Shown: one piece after another, positions 45,045 through 55,381 of the stretch
Layout of the letters: each line of letters begins with the position of its first letter
Position numbering within the stretch: the stretch's first letter is position 1
Source of the DNA: a virus
Direction: 5' to 3' (one strand)
Length of the DNA stretch: 64,000 nucleotides
Virus record (IMG/VR): IMGVR_UViG_3300044796_000056
Location: 1-64,000 of that record
Notes under the pieces: model-generated
The model's database searches: none
The model's input: only the letters and a program-made list of their open reading frames with translations
Told to the model about the DNA's origin: nothing
Position numbers and translations under genes: made by a program

Positions 45045-46866
45045 ACATTGAATAAACGCCAGCGAAGCTGACGGGATGATCGAACAATTGAGCAGTTGGA
45101 CCGGCAAATGATGATTCATCATTGCGTGTCTTGATCACGACGTCGCCGCTAGAGTCTTGATTGCCTGCTACAATCGTCTTATTGATGACTGGAGCAACAA
45201 CCGTCATCTCTGGTAGGGACTCAGTTGCTTCTGCTCTTTCTGGAACAAGACTGCTGGCCGTTGCCGCAGACTTACCATCATGGGCTGCATAATAGGCCAC
45301 ACGAGCAGCATCACGAGCAGCACCAGTCAGTGCTGTACCGGCTGCGGCAGGTTCTGCTGTAGCAACCTTAGAGATAGCAGCCTTGGTGTATTGCTCAGGG
45401 TGAGCCTTCATGCGCGCCTTGGCTTCCATTGTCTCATGATCACGACCCATCAGAGGGTTAGCAGCAATCTGAGAGAAACCGATGACGTCTTTCTGAGCTT
45501 GTGTAAGATCCTTGGCATCTACTTCCTTGCCACCGATCAGATACTTGCCGTTGGTGAAACCTTTGCCGTCGCGCTCTACCTTGATGCCATACTGCTCCAG
45601 GTACTTGTCAACAGCACTCTTAGCCTCCAGAGCATCCTTACCAGAGGCCATTCGATATGTGCCATAGGCTACTACACCCAGAGCTCCTGTCTCTACAGCG
45701 GCAGTTCCGGCAGCGATAATACCCTCGGCTCCTTCGAGACCTCCGGTCAAGAGCTTCCACAGCTGCTTGCCACCCATCTTAATAGCAGAGCCGATCTTAC
45801 CAATCACCTTGAGTAACTGCTCACCAACCCACTTGGCCGTTGAAGCGAAGGCACCAAGGAGCTTCTTACCTAGCCATGCTAGAGCATCAGAAAGCAGACC
45901 TGATAGAATCTGATTCAGATTCTTGTTCATCAGTCCTTTCATAATCTTGTCGAGCTTGTCTTCGATCTCTTTATCTCTTTCCTTCTGTTCCTTCTCTACC
46001 TTGATCTGATGCTGCACCATCTTCATGGTTGCGGCTTCTTTTACGTCATCGTTCTTAACTTCAGTATGAACCGGTTGGATCTGGGCAGAGGAAACAGGGA
46101 TAGCAGGAGCCGGCACGACAGCTTCAGGACGAGCGGCTTCTACAGCAGCAGGACGAGCAGCTTCTACAGCAGCAGGAACCTCGGCAGGAGTCAGCTTGGT
46201 AGCCTTACCATTCGCGATGTTGTCCTTTGCTTTGAGAGCCATCCTTACAATCTCTGAAACGTCATCGACGTTTGCAGGGACATGTTGAATCATCGCATGG
46301 GCTTCGGCTTTCTTGAAACCAAGACCCTGAAGAGCGGTTACAGCATCATTGACAGCTTCAGTATTACGAGACATGTGCCCATTGACGACGCGCTGCGCAG
46401 ACATTACCTGGGCTTGTGCGGTTGCCTGATGAAAGGAAGCAGGAGCCGGTTGACGCAACCTCTCCGCTTTATACTGTCTTACTTCAGTGTAGAGATAGTC
46501 AACCTTCTTTACCAGGTCGGCTATCTGCTTGGAGATTTGTGAGGAAGGATCTGCGGCGGCAAGAGTATTGTTATGCTGAGCAAGGATCTGGGCAGAGCGC
46601 TCCATTTCATTCTTGTTAGCCATAGAGGCGGAGATGGATCCACCAATACCCTTACCCAATACACGAGTCAATAGACCGTGACGGAAGGCGCCACCATTGT
46701 TAGACATAGTGGCTTGTGCATTCTTGACTTCTTTGGCACGAGCCTGAGCATCCTCAAATTTCATCTGAGGATTGGCAGCCTTTAGTTGTAGAGCAATCTC
46801 ATTGATGGATGCACCGGTGCCACCCTTCACTGATACTCTTCGTCTTGGTCTCTTTCTATCTGCCAT
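45043..46866 (-). CDS. probable baseplate hub / tape-measure (gp29-like) protein with RuvA-C-like insert
   Basis: Position after gp26-gp51; Ala/Gly-rich helical; DAVTALQGLGFKKAEA. Confidence 0.55.
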   Translation of the reverse strand: MADRKRPRRRVSVKGGTGASINEIALQLKAANPQMKFEDAQARAKEVKNAQATMSNNGGAFRHGLLTRVLGKGIGGSISASMANKNEMERSAQILAQHNNTLAAADPSSQISKQIADLVKKVDYLYTEVRQYKAERLRQPAPASFHQATAQAQVMSAQRVVNGHMSRNTEAVNDAVTALQGLGFKKAEAHAMIQHVPANVDDVSEIVRMALKAKDNIANGKATKLTPAEVPAAVEAARPAAVEAARPEAVVPAPAIPVSSAQIQPVHTEVKNDDVKEAATMKMVQHQIKVEKEQKERDKEIEDKLDKIMKGLMNKNLNQILSGLLSDALAWLGKKLLGAFASTAKWVGEQLLKVIGKIGSAIKMGGKQLWKLLTGGLEGAEGIIAAGTAAVETGALGVVAYGTYRMASGKDALEAKSAVDKYLEQYGIKVERDGKGFTNGKYLIGGKEVDAKDLTQAQKDVIGFSQIAANPLMGRDHETMEAKARMKAHPEQYTKAAISKVATAEPAAAGTALTGAARDAARVAYYAAHDGKSAATASSLVPERAEATESLPEMTVVAPVINKTIVAGNQDSSGDVVIKTRNDESSFAGPTAQLFDHPVSFAGVYSM

Positions 46867-47060
46867 TAGCCTCTGCCTGTCTTCTTAGCCGCTCTTCTAG
46901 CCGCGTTCTCGAGCTTGATCTTCTCATTCTCAGCCGCTACCGTGCTCGTTATCATAGCAACGTAAGCGTCCCGTTCCCAGGGCATCATATCATCAAATCT
47001 AGTAAAGTCAATTTTTTGATGATAAAGCAAACTGAAGTTCAATTTGAATTGAGCTTCCAA
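46866..47060 (-). CDS. 51: baseplate hub assembly catalyst gp51-like
   Basis: NFSL..H...DMMPWERDAY. Confidence 0.8.
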   Translation of the reverse strand: MEAQFKLNFSLLYHQKIDFTRFDDMMPWERDAYVAMITSTVAAENEKIKLENAARRAAKKTGRG

Positions 47061-47077
47061 AGTATCATGACAAAAGC

Positions 47078-47881
47078 CTACACGAAAAAATCTTGGATTC
47101 CCTCCAAGACGATTTTGTGATCATAGCCGCACTTGGCGCACTTGATTCCTGTTTCCAATCTCGTCTGGGGCGCGTTCTTAATAAACTCGCGAATCTTTTC
47201 GTATTTATCACCAGGTAGTGCAAGGAGGAATTCTTTCAACTCCTGCTCTGTACAATCGCTGGCTGGATAGGCACTATCCTTATCATAGATCACATCCAAA
47301 CAGTTAGATGCGACCACCAACTCTACATCGTTCTCAGGGACACCCTGGAGCTTACGGAATAGGTCGAAGGTTGGAAACTTCATCCTGACACCGATATCAT
47401 CAGTAAACTTGATCTGAAGCTGGGTGTCTTTATTGACAACAGGGATGTTCAGGAAGTCAACCGGTACGTCTAGCACCATACCACAGTCTACCATTTCAGG
47501 TGGAGCACTAGGATCTGGTGGAGGAGCATCAACCAGTGTCATTACACCATTGGACATAACCTTTACAGGCTTTGGCTTCTTGACGACTTTGTTCTTACAT
47601 TGAAAATGAGTCGTTCCTCTTTCACCGATACTTCGAGCACGGAGAGCCAAGAAGATCATCTCCAGGTCGATCATCGCCATCTGGTCTACGTTGAACTCAC
47701 CAATGACGCAGTTGGAAATAATCTGCTTCAGCGATTCGGTTGTAGTACCAATATCACCAGCACTAACGGCCATGAGCATTAGCTTCTCTTCACGGACTGT
47801 GAATGGGCGAATCTTGATGGGATCTTTCTGGGAAAGTAGTTGGACATCATATATTGGATATGCTATTTGTGGTAGCTTCAT
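47078..47881 (-). CDS. 26: baseplate hub protein gp26
   Basis: LPQI..P.Y, RPFTVREEK, LRARSIGE, LEGIQDFF. Confidence 0.9.
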   Translation of the reverse strand: MKLPQIAYPIYDVQLLSQKDPIKIRPFTVREEKLMLMAVSAGDIGTTTESLKQIISNCVIGEFNVDQMAMIDLEMIFLALRARSIGERGTTHFQCKNKVVKKPKPVKVMSNGVMTLVDAPPPDPSAPPEMVDCGMVLDVPVDFLNIPVVNKDTQLQIKFTDDIGVRMKFPTFDLFRKLQGVPENDVELVVASNCLDVIYDKDSAYPASDCTEQELKEFLLALPGDKYEKIREFIKNAPQTRLETGIKCAKCGYDHKIVLEGIQDFFV

Positions 47882-47897
47882 TATAAATCACCTTGAA

Positions 47898-48764
47898 TTA
47901 AATAGATTGAATCAACTTGTTGACCTGTTGGCTGACGGCAGCACCTGCAGTACGCAGGTCAGTTTGTACAGCGGTTGTGATACCAGCCGTAGATAGGACA
48001 CCTGAAGGGAACGGCAATTGGAATGGTTGACCGAACTGTGTTGCAGAATTTGTGACGGTCGTATCAGATATCCACTTGCGGAATTGGAAGCCCAATTGTA
48101 GACGATGAATAGAATCATTGTCCCATGACTGGCTTAACGGCGCGCAAGATATAGGACATGCGTCAATAAGTTTGACAGCATAGGCAGGATTACCTTCGTT
48201 GTCGTATTGGAAGCACGTGATATCTGCTTCCCAGTTACGCTGACCATCAGATGTCTCTGCGTAATTTACCAGACCTGTCTGGGCAGGAACCATGTAGTCC
48301 ATCCACGCATCAAAGAATCTCTTTTCCCACATGTCGCCGGTTACGACAACTGTGAAAGATGCTTGCCCATATTGGTTGTGGTGAGGAATACGTTCAATGA
48401 AAGAATACTTGCGATACTCAATCATGTTGATATCGCGCCCAGGAAGCTCGGAGACTTCACACTGGAGACTAAGATCCTGCATACTCACGCCTGGATCTAT
48501 CGTACCGGATGAGCGCAGACCACTAGGCACAGAGAAACGCACATCGAACTTATCAGCACGAGCCGTTTCACGGTGCTTGTGTAGATTACCAACGAACTTG
48601 TTAATATTAAAGTTCTGATTCTGTAGAGGAGCCGTCAGGTTGGTGATCCCGATTCCATTACGATTCAATTGAATGTCGAATACACCTGGCAACCCTGGGA
48701 TAGCCAACTGCGCCTCAGCACTTGAGTCAAGTGGGTTAAAGGGGTTTAGGTTGAAGTCAGCCAT
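47898..48764 (-). CDS. 54: tail tube initiator gp54-like
   Basis: C...ELPGR, RFFDAWMD, tube-protein pattern; synteny. Confidence 0.75.
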   Translation of the reverse strand: MADFNLNPFNPLDSSAEAQLAIPGLPGVFDIQLNRNGIGITNLTAPLQNQNFNINKFVGNLHKHRETARADKFDVRFSVPSGLRSSGTIDPGVSMQDLSLQCEVSELPGRDINMIEYRKYSFIERIPHHNQYGQASFTVVVTGDMWEKRFFDAWMDYMVPAQTGLVNYAETSDGQRNWEADITCFQYDNEGNPAYAVKLIDACPISCAPLSQSWDNDSIHRLQLGFQFRKWISDTTVTNSATQFGQPFQLPFPSGVLSTAGITTAVQTDLRTAGAAVSQQVNKLIQSI

Positions 48765-49291
48765 TAGTAGGGTTTGCCTTTCTTAAATTGCGTCACAGGA
48801 AGCATGATCATGTTCTCCCAATATTTAGGGTCAATGTCTAAGAACGGAGAACGAACATGATTGAACAGGTATCGCTTGATGCAGACCTTGTATGCGTCTA
48901 GTTGTGGTACGTCGCGCAGAGTTGGATATTCAACCTTCAGTTTGCTACTCAGGTTATAGGTTTTCTTGAAGCCATCAAACATCTTACGATTAGAGGCGAA
49001 GGCTTCCAACTGCTCAAAGAAAGACAGCCGCGCGCCTGGTGGTAGATAGTGAAAGTTTAACCCAAGGAAGCCATCAGCATAATAGTTGAGCGGCAATACC
49101 AGAGGGAACCGGTCATAGTAAGGCAATTCTTTCTTGAGCTTTGGATCATACCAGAAGAAGTTCAGTCGACCCAGCTTAGGGACTCCAAGGATCTTACCGA
49201 TACCCTGAGCCTGAAGCATTGATGCATTGGTAGCGAATCCAAGAATGACCTTCTTGAACCACGCGATAGAATTGTCTTGGGGATTTGCCAT
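48764..49291 (-). CDS. 2: DNA end protector gp2
   Basis: YDPKLKKELPYYDRFPLV, GLNFHYLP, CIKRYL. Confidence 0.92.
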   Translation of the reverse strand: MANPQDNSIAWFKKVILGFATNASMLQAQGIGKILGVPKLGRLNFFWYDPKLKKELPYYDRFPLVLPLNYYADGFLGLNFHYLPPGARLSFFEQLEAFASNRKMFDGFKKTYNLSSKLKVEYPTLRDVPQLDAYKVCIKRYLFNHVRSPFLDIDPKYWENMIMLPVTQFKKGKPY

Positions 49292-49294
49292 GGA

Positions 49295-49741
49295 TTATTT
49301 AGTGCCTTTCTTGAAGATGTCATCTTCCGTCAGAATCTGAAAACCCCAGCCCTGAGTCTCGGCAAAAGCCTTAGCGAACTTCCATTTGGCCTGGTTCTTG
49401 GCAAACTCTGCAAGCTCTCCATAGTAACGCTTCGTCTTACGCTTTGGTGTCTTAGGAGGAGAGCAATATTTCTTTGGCTTGACTTCTAGGATCAGGCGCT
49501 TCTCTGTGCCATTAGGTAGCTTGGCTAACACAACAAAGTCAGGGAAGTACCGGTGGACCTTATTATCTATCGGTGACATGTACGGTATGGCTAGCTCTTC
49601 AGATGACCATTCGATGATCTGGTCCCATTCGTCTAGTTTCACCATCACATTGCGTTCCCAAAGAGAGCGCCACACAATCTGCTCCACTTTGCCCCTGTAC
49701 TTAGCCGGGTTCCGAGGAGTAAAGATCCCTTTGTAGGACAT
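49295..49741 (-). CDS. 4: head completion nuclease gp4
   Basis: P.NP.KY.G, RSLWE, WSSEE, RYFPDF, EVKP, NQAKW. Confidence 0.94.
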   Translation of the reverse strand: MSYKGIFTPRNPAKYRGKVEQIVWRSLWERNVMVKLDEWDQIIEWSSEELAIPYMSPIDNKVHRYFPDFVVLAKLPNGTEKRLILEVKPKKYCSPPKTPKRKTKRYYGELAEFAKNQAKWKFAKAFAETQGWGFQILTEDDIFKKGTK

Positions 49742-49754
49742 GGTCTAGAATACC

Positions 49755-49762
49755 TATAAATA
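49755..49762 (+). promoter_or_regulatory. T4-type late promoter TATAAATA
   Basis: Exact gp55 consensus upstream of gp48; CTAAATA variants at ~6592, 18977, 37109, 39123, 43903, 54932, 60142. Confidence 0.8.
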
Positions 49763-49788
49763 GACAGTAATCATCTATGTAGGTCTCC

Positions 49789-50952
49789 ATGGCACTACCT
49801 GTTCAAGTAAACCCCTCTTTGTCTTCCACGACACCGACCGCGCAGTCTCAATCAGCAGGCTCCGGTCCTTTGTCTGCTGCGGACGGAGATCCATTTGGCC
49901 TTCAACAGCTTCAGTACCCTCTGTCCGGTATCGGTCAAGAGGTTCCTAACTATGTGGTGTTCTACATAAACTTGCCGACTGCGTCCAAATATGTGACGAG
50001 CGCCAACAAGGTAGCCGGTGCTAAGAGCGCATCCACACAGAACTATGACACTCTATTAAGCCAGGGTGGTACATATCAACCCGTAGCCAATAATCAGGCC
50101 ATAGGTTCTTCTGCGCTATTAAATGGTGCGGTGACTGCCTTAACTAAGAGTCCGGCAGCCGGTATTAGTAGTCTAGCTCCAACTGCCATCGGTTCTGCTG
50201 TAACCGAGACCCTGAACCTACGTCCACGTCTATCACGCATCAAGCAGACAGTTGCTCTGTATATGCCTGATACTCTAGCCACAACTTACGAGCACGACTA
50301 TTCTGGTATTGATGCAACGACTGCTTACGGTGATGCCGCACGATTTGCTGCTCTAGCTGGTAGCGTTCAACAGATAGGAGACACTATCAAGGACATCATT
50401 GGTACGGGCCAGCGCGTCATAACCAATGCTCCTAACAAACAGTTTAACAAAGCTGCCAGCGCTGAGTTGGTCAGCAGAGCAGCAGAAGATGCAAATGCAG
50501 GTGTGGTGGGCCCAGGTTTCACAGATCTTCAAATGAAGTCTATGGGTCGTGCCATTAACCCTCATGCTGAGATGGTCTTCAAGGCGACCAAGAATCGTGG
50601 ATACAATTTCGTATTCGACTTGGTACCTCGTTCCCAGGCAGAAGCAATAGCGATCCAGAACATCATCAAGACGTTCAAATTATATGCTGCTCCAGAAGTA
50701 ACAAGTGAGAACGCAGGTCGTTATTACATTCCACCCGCACTATTCGATATCAAGTTCTATTTCCAAAGCCAAGAGAACCCAACCATAGCTCGCGTATCTA
50801 CTTGTGCACTTACAAGTCTGAACGTCAACTATAATGGTGGCAACCAGTTTGCTACGTTCAATGACGGTTCTCCAATCTTTATCAACATCACTCTCTCATT
50901 CACAGAAGTCGATATCATCACTAGACAACTTATCGATCAGTTTGGCTATTAA
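49789..50952 (+). CDS. 48: baseplate tail-tube cap gp48
   Basis: LQYP, LYMP, NPH.EM.FK, PRS..EA, L.F.E. Confidence 0.88.
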   Translation: MALPVQVNPSLSSTTPTAQSQSAGSGPLSAADGDPFGLQQLQYPLSGIGQEVPNYVVFYINLPTASKYVTSANKVAGAKSASTQNYDTLLSQGGTYQPVANNQAIGSSALLNGAVTALTKSPAAGISSLAPTAIGSAVTETLNLRPRLSRIKQTVALYMPDTLATTYEHDYSGIDATTAYGDAARFAALAGSVQQIGDTIKDIIGTGQRVITNAPNKQFNKAASAELVSRAAEDANAGVVGPGFTDLQMKSMGRAINPHAEMVFKATKNRGYNFVFDLVPRSQAEAIAIQNIIKTFKLYAAPEVTSENAGRYYIPPALFDIKFYFQSQENPTIARVSTCALTSLNVNYNGGNQFATFNDGSPIFINITLSFTEVDIITRQLIDQFGY

Positions 50953-50953
50953 T

Positions 50954-51628
50954 ATGGAATACTTCGACCAATTCCCCAATTTGTACTATACGTTCGACCC
51001 AGAGCGTATTGAGTTCTACACGCTGAAAAACATATTCACACGCGTGAACTTGTTGAGTTCAGTGATGCAGAATTCTCTTGTATATTATCAGTACAGTTTT
51101 AAGGACTCTGATACCCTTGAGAATCTGGCCTATAAGTATTACGGTGATGCCAAGCGTCATTGGATAATCATATTTGCTAACTTGATCATTGATCCTTACT
51201 TCGATTTACCTTTGCGTCAAGATGACTTCGCTAACAACGTAATCCTAGCGTATGGGTCAGAGGCTAATGCTCAGAGTACTCTGTTTGGTTACCAACAGAA
51301 CACTACTGTCACAACGAGTTTCCAAGGCCAGTCAAACACTCAGAGCACACTCGCTTGGTTGACTCCTACACCATTTACATTCAATTTCACTACAGGGGAA
51401 GTCGTTCCTGCAAGCCTACCAGGTCTCGGTGAGAGCATTACAACGTACACAGGTACGGCTCAAGCACCAGACGGAAGCATCGTTACGACGACCACGACCT
51501 TGACAGGTGTTAGTGTTTACGACAATCTAGTAGCCGTCAATGAAGCCAAGCGCAATATAGTTTTGATTGACGCAAGCTACGCTCCACAGATAGAGGCTCA
51601 ATTCCAGTCCCTATTGTCTTCATCTTAA
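50954..51628 (+). CDS. 53: baseplate wedge gp53
   Basis: YF..FP, LAYKYYGD...HWII..N.I.DP, E.KR.I. Confidence 0.9.
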   Translation: MEYFDQFPNLYYTFDPERIEFYTLKNIFTRVNLLSSVMQNSLVYYQYSFKDSDTLENLAYKYYGDAKRHWIIIFANLIIDPYFDLPLRQDDFANNVILAYGSEANAQSTLFGYQQNTTVTTSFQGQSNTQSTLAWLTPTPFTFNFTTGEVVPASLPGLGESITTYTGTAQAPDGSIVTTTTTLTGVSVYDNLVAVNEAKRNIVLIDASYAPQIEAQFQSLLSSS

Positions 51629-51642
51629 TGGCTCCCTAGATC

Positions 51643-52947
51643 ATGACTGATACATCCTCTTCAGATACACAAGGTCTACTGAATACTACAGACTACCAAC
51701 TAAACACGTTGGTGGTAGTAACCAGTGACGGTGCGTACAATGATATTACCCAGCTGATGGTTGAATTGAATATCTATGAGGATATCTGGTCACCCACTAT
51801 GTCTGGTATGATGATCATGGGTGATGCTTTGGATATGATCAGCAGCAACAAGATGCACGGTAATGAGTATCTACTAATCAGCGTAGACAAGCCTGGTTTG
51901 AATAATCCAATCGTTAAGACGTTCCGTATATACAAGATTGGCGAACGTTCACTGGGCTCCAACGGTCTACAGAACTACAAGGTCTTCTTCTGTTCAGAAG
52001 AGTTCTTCCTATCTGCTCAGACGTTGGTCAGCAAGTCATACAAAGGTTTGACTGTCGGTAAGATGGTAGAGGATCTTTTGTTGCGCAAGTTGAAGGTACT
52101 CCAGTCTAAGATCGCTATGATAGAACAGACCGGTGGCAATTTCGACTTTATCATTCCTCGTATGCAGCCACTACAAGCGATAAGTTGGCTATGTCCACGC
52201 GCCTACAATACGAATCGTAACCTCTACTTTTTCTTTGAGAATAGAGATGGCTTCAACTTCGTTTCCTATGAGACGTTGCTGGGTATAGTTCCATATGGCA
52301 CGTTTACCTACGGCATCAAGACCGACCAAGACCCTGTAAAGAACAGCGGCATGTTCAATATATTGACTGTGGTCGAGGACTTCGACGGTCTGAAGGCTCT
52401 ACGCTCAGGAGCCTTCTCTTCAACACTTGCAACATTTGATGTCATCAATCGAAAATATACGGCTAAGAACTTCAATGTGACCCAGTTAGCTAACAATGCT
52501 ACTCTGAACTCTGACCTGCCCGCGAACGACTTCAACAATCGTCTAGGCGCGAGCTTCTACAATACCACTGATAACATGTTGAAGTATGTGATAATGAATG
52601 ATGCTGATCCTACCAGGAATCCTCAGCGTTACGACAAGTGGCTGCCTCAAACCGCTAGCCGACTTGGCTTGCTAAATAGTTTTAAGATGATCGGTGTGCT
52701 ACCAGGAGACGTCAACATCAAGGTAGGTATGACCATCAATGTGAATATCCTGAAACAAGAAGTCCAAGATGGTACGACTGCTTTGAACAAAATGCGATCA
52801 GGCCGCTACCTGATTGCAAGCGTTCACCACAAGTTCATCCAAAGCATTATGTCTACGGTCGTTGAGTTGCTATCTGATACTACGAGTGTGTCCATGAACG
52901 CTCCTCTAGCAACATCACCAACCATAGCCCAAGTGATTACACAGTAA
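51643..52947 (+). CDS. baseplate hub gp27-like
   Basis: NIYEDI, FFFEN..GF.F.S, SGRYLI..V.H; lies between gp53 and gp5. Confidence 0.7.
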   Translation: MTDTSSSDTQGLLNTTDYQLNTLVVVTSDGAYNDITQLMVELNIYEDIWSPTMSGMMIMGDALDMISSNKMHGNEYLLISVDKPGLNNPIVKTFRIYKIGERSLGSNGLQNYKVFFCSEEFFLSAQTLVSKSYKGLTVGKMVEDLLLRKLKVLQSKIAMIEQTGGNFDFIIPRMQPLQAISWLCPRAYNTNRNLYFFFENRDGFNFVSYETLLGIVPYGTFTYGIKTDQDPVKNSGMFNILTVVEDFDGLKALRSGAFSSTLATFDVINRKYTAKNFNVTQLANNATLNSDLPANDFNNRLGASFYNTTDNMLKYVIMNDADPTRNPQRYDKWLPQTASRLGLLNSFKMIGVLPGDVNIKVGMTINVNILKQEVQDGTTALNKMRSGRYLIASVHHKFIQSIMSTVVELLSDTTSVSMNAPLATSPTIAQVITQ

Positions 52948-54935
52948 TGACACAGCTTAACAAATACTTCTCCGGAGAGGATACCTTCCAGTGGTTTATT
53001 GGCGTCGTTGAATCGCGCCAAGATCCTATGGAGCTCGGTCGTCTCCAGGTTCGTATCTTCGGTGTTCATAACCCGGCTTTGACTGAGGTTCCTTCTGTTG
53101 ATCTTCCTTGGGCTGTCGTTCTTCAGGGAACGAGCGGCAAAGCCTTCTCCACACCAAAAGAGTCAGACGTAGTAGTCGGTTTCTTCCTAGACTCTAGCAA
53201 GCAAGTCCCTTGTATCTGGGGTGTGGTACCTGGTATTGAAACGAATCCTCCTAACTTGGGATCAGGTTTTCACGACTTGCGTCCAGAGTCAGTTATCGCC
53301 TTGGCTCCAAAGGTTCCTGCGGGTCGCACATACAGCACAGATGGCTCCGGCATCAAGATAGACGAAGCTAACGTAGCAGATCCTGCTGTCCTTGAGTCTC
53401 TTCGCCATCCTAATGCTGATGAACTAAATCAGCCGTCTATCAGTGGTGTTTCCCGTTACCAGAACTTAGCTAATACCGTCATCGCGGCTCGTAAGGCTAA
53501 CCTGGATAAGAACGTTCCTATTGCTGGCGGTGGTCAATGGTCTGAGCCTTATCCAGCATACAACCCTGAGTATCCTTATGATGTGGCTACCGTTACTGAA
53601 TCGGGCCATGTCTTCGAGTTAGATGATACACCTGGCAGCGAACGTATCCATGCAGCGCATCGCAGCGGATCATTCTATGAATACTATCCAACAGGCACAC
53701 TGGTAGAGAAAATCACCAAGAGCCGTTACACCATAGTCATGGCAGATGATTATGTCCACGTAATGGGGGATGTCAACCTAACAGTTGGTGCGGGTGTCTA
53801 CATAAAAGTAGCAGGCGATGCTGTGATTGAAGTGGGTAATGATGCTAGCATGAATGTGGCTGGCGACTTCAACACGTCCGTTGGAGGAGGTTTCAACGTC
53901 AAGGCTCAGAGTATCAATCTAGAAGCAGAAGAGGATATCACTCTTATATCTGATACCCAGTTCCTGACGGCAGCGGCTACTCTGGACATCACGAGCGCGG
54001 CGACCACGTTCGGCTCTGATGGTGATATGAACATCACAGGCAGCGGCCACGTCAACATGCAGGCAGCAACTCTTAACCTTCTAGCCACAGAGCAAGCTGC
54101 TCTTACAGGAGCAACTGTAGGAATTAGCGGTCTGATCCAGCTAGACCAATTGGTCTCTGTGAACCAGGGAGCTCCTTCTGCCGGAGGAGCCTCTACGCCT
54201 GCCTCTGGGCAGAGTGCAGGTCTACCTGGTGCGATCGCCAAGGGTACACCCAACACAGGAGAGGCGGATCCCGAGGTCGTGCCTGTCCCTTATGATATCC
54301 AAAGAGTTACATTGGATGCATACACAGGCACCTCTTACGTTCAACAGCAATTCTTACAGCCTGGTGCAAACAACACCATGGTTGCTCCGACGGCACCAGC
54401 CAACACGGCTGCTTGTCAGTACGATGCTTCTACGAAGACGTTCCTTTCTCCTCCAAGCTCTTGGGCTATCAGCGAGAACGGTCTGGGACTGATCCAGAGC
54501 TTCGAAGGTTTTGCCAAGGTAACGTCTCCAAACATGGCTACAGCATATCCAGATCCTGCTACGGGTGGCGAGCCTATAACTATCGGCTACGGCACCACGG
54601 CAGTCGCTATTGGTCAACCAATCACCTTGGGTGAGATGATCAGTCGCGCAACGGCTCAAAGCTACCTGGAGACGGCAATCAACACGAACTTCTTACCAAC
54701 ACTTCAGCAGGCAATCACGGTGCCTCTGACCCAGAACATGATCGATGCTTGCTTGAGTCTGATCTACAATATTGGACCGGGCAACTTCCTGAAGTCTTCA
54801 GTAAGAACGTTCGCCAATCAGCAGAACTGGTGCGCAGCCGGTAATGCCTTCTTGTTGTGGAACAAAGCAGCCGGGCAGGTTGTGGCTGGTTTGACCTCTC
54901 GTCGCACGCAGGAAAGAGCTCTCTTCTTAACCTAA
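52947..54935 (+). CDS. 5: gp5 baseplate spike with C-terminal GH24 lysozyme
   Basis: WFIGVVE..DP..LGR.QVR OB fold; TESGH.FE.DDTPG.ERI; FEG..AYPDP..TIGYG; WNKA..GL..RR..E. Confidence 0.92.
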   Translation: MTQLNKYFSGEDTFQWFIGVVESRQDPMELGRLQVRIFGVHNPALTEVPSVDLPWAVVLQGTSGKAFSTPKESDVVVGFFLDSSKQVPCIWGVVPGIETNPPNLGSGFHDLRPESVIALAPKVPAGRTYSTDGSGIKIDEANVADPAVLESLRHPNADELNQPSISGVSRYQNLANTVIAARKANLDKNVPIAGGGQWSEPYPAYNPEYPYDVATVTESGHVFELDDTPGSERIHAAHRSGSFYEYYPTGTLVEKITKSRYTIVMADDYVHVMGDVNLTVGAGVYIKVAGDAVIEVGNDASMNVAGDFNTSVGGGFNVKAQSINLEAEEDITLISDTQFLTAAATLDITSAATTFGSDGDMNITGSGHVNMQAATLNLLATEQAALTGATVGISGLIQLDQLVSVNQGAPSAGGASTPASGQSAGLPGAIAKGTPNTGEADPEVVPVPYDIQRVTLDAYTGTSYVQQQFLQPGANNTMVAPTAPANTAACQYDASTKTFLSPPSSWAISENGLGLIQSFEGFAKVTSPNMATAYPDPATGGEPITIGYGTTAVAIGQPITLGEMISRATAQSYLETAINTNFLPTLQQAITVPLTQNMIDACLSLIYNIGPGNFLKSSVRTFANQQNWCAAGNAFLLWNKAAGQVVAGLTSRRTQERALFLT

Positions 54936-54960
54936 ATAGTTGATTCAAGAAGGTAGCAGC

Positions 54961-55380
54961 ATGCCAGGACCGGTCAATCTTTCAACTCCTCTTCAGACAA
55001 GAATCTACTCAGACTTCAATGTAGACTTCTTACCTCATCCAATAACAGGTGATCTGTTGAAGGTAACGGGTGTCAACTCTGTCATTCAGTCTATCGCAGA
55101 CTTGGTACAGACGAACCACTATGAGAGACCATTCCATCCCGAGATTGGTGGAAACGTTCGCAAGTTGCTGTTTGATCTTCTGAACCCGATTACCGCTAAC
55201 TTGATCAGCGAAGAGATCAAGGACGTCTTGGCGAACTATGAGCCACGTGCTACAGTACAAGATGTCATCGTTGCGACAAACTCGCAATTGAATGGTTACA
55301 ACATAACGATTATATTCACAGTCGCTGGTGGAATATCTACTCCGATCGAAATCAGCGTCTTCTTACAACGGTTGAGATAA
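54961..55380 (+). CDS. 25: baseplate wedge gp25
   Basis: YSD...F..HP.TGD, ERPFHPEIG, YEPR. Confidence 0.93.
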   Translation: MPGPVNLSTPLQTRIYSDFNVDFLPHPITGDLLKVTGVNSVIQSIADLVQTNHYERPFHPEIGGNVRKLLFDLLNPITANLISEEIKDVLANYEPRATVQDVIVATNSQLNGYNITIIFTVAGGISTPIEISVFLQRLR

Positions 55381-55381
55381 T

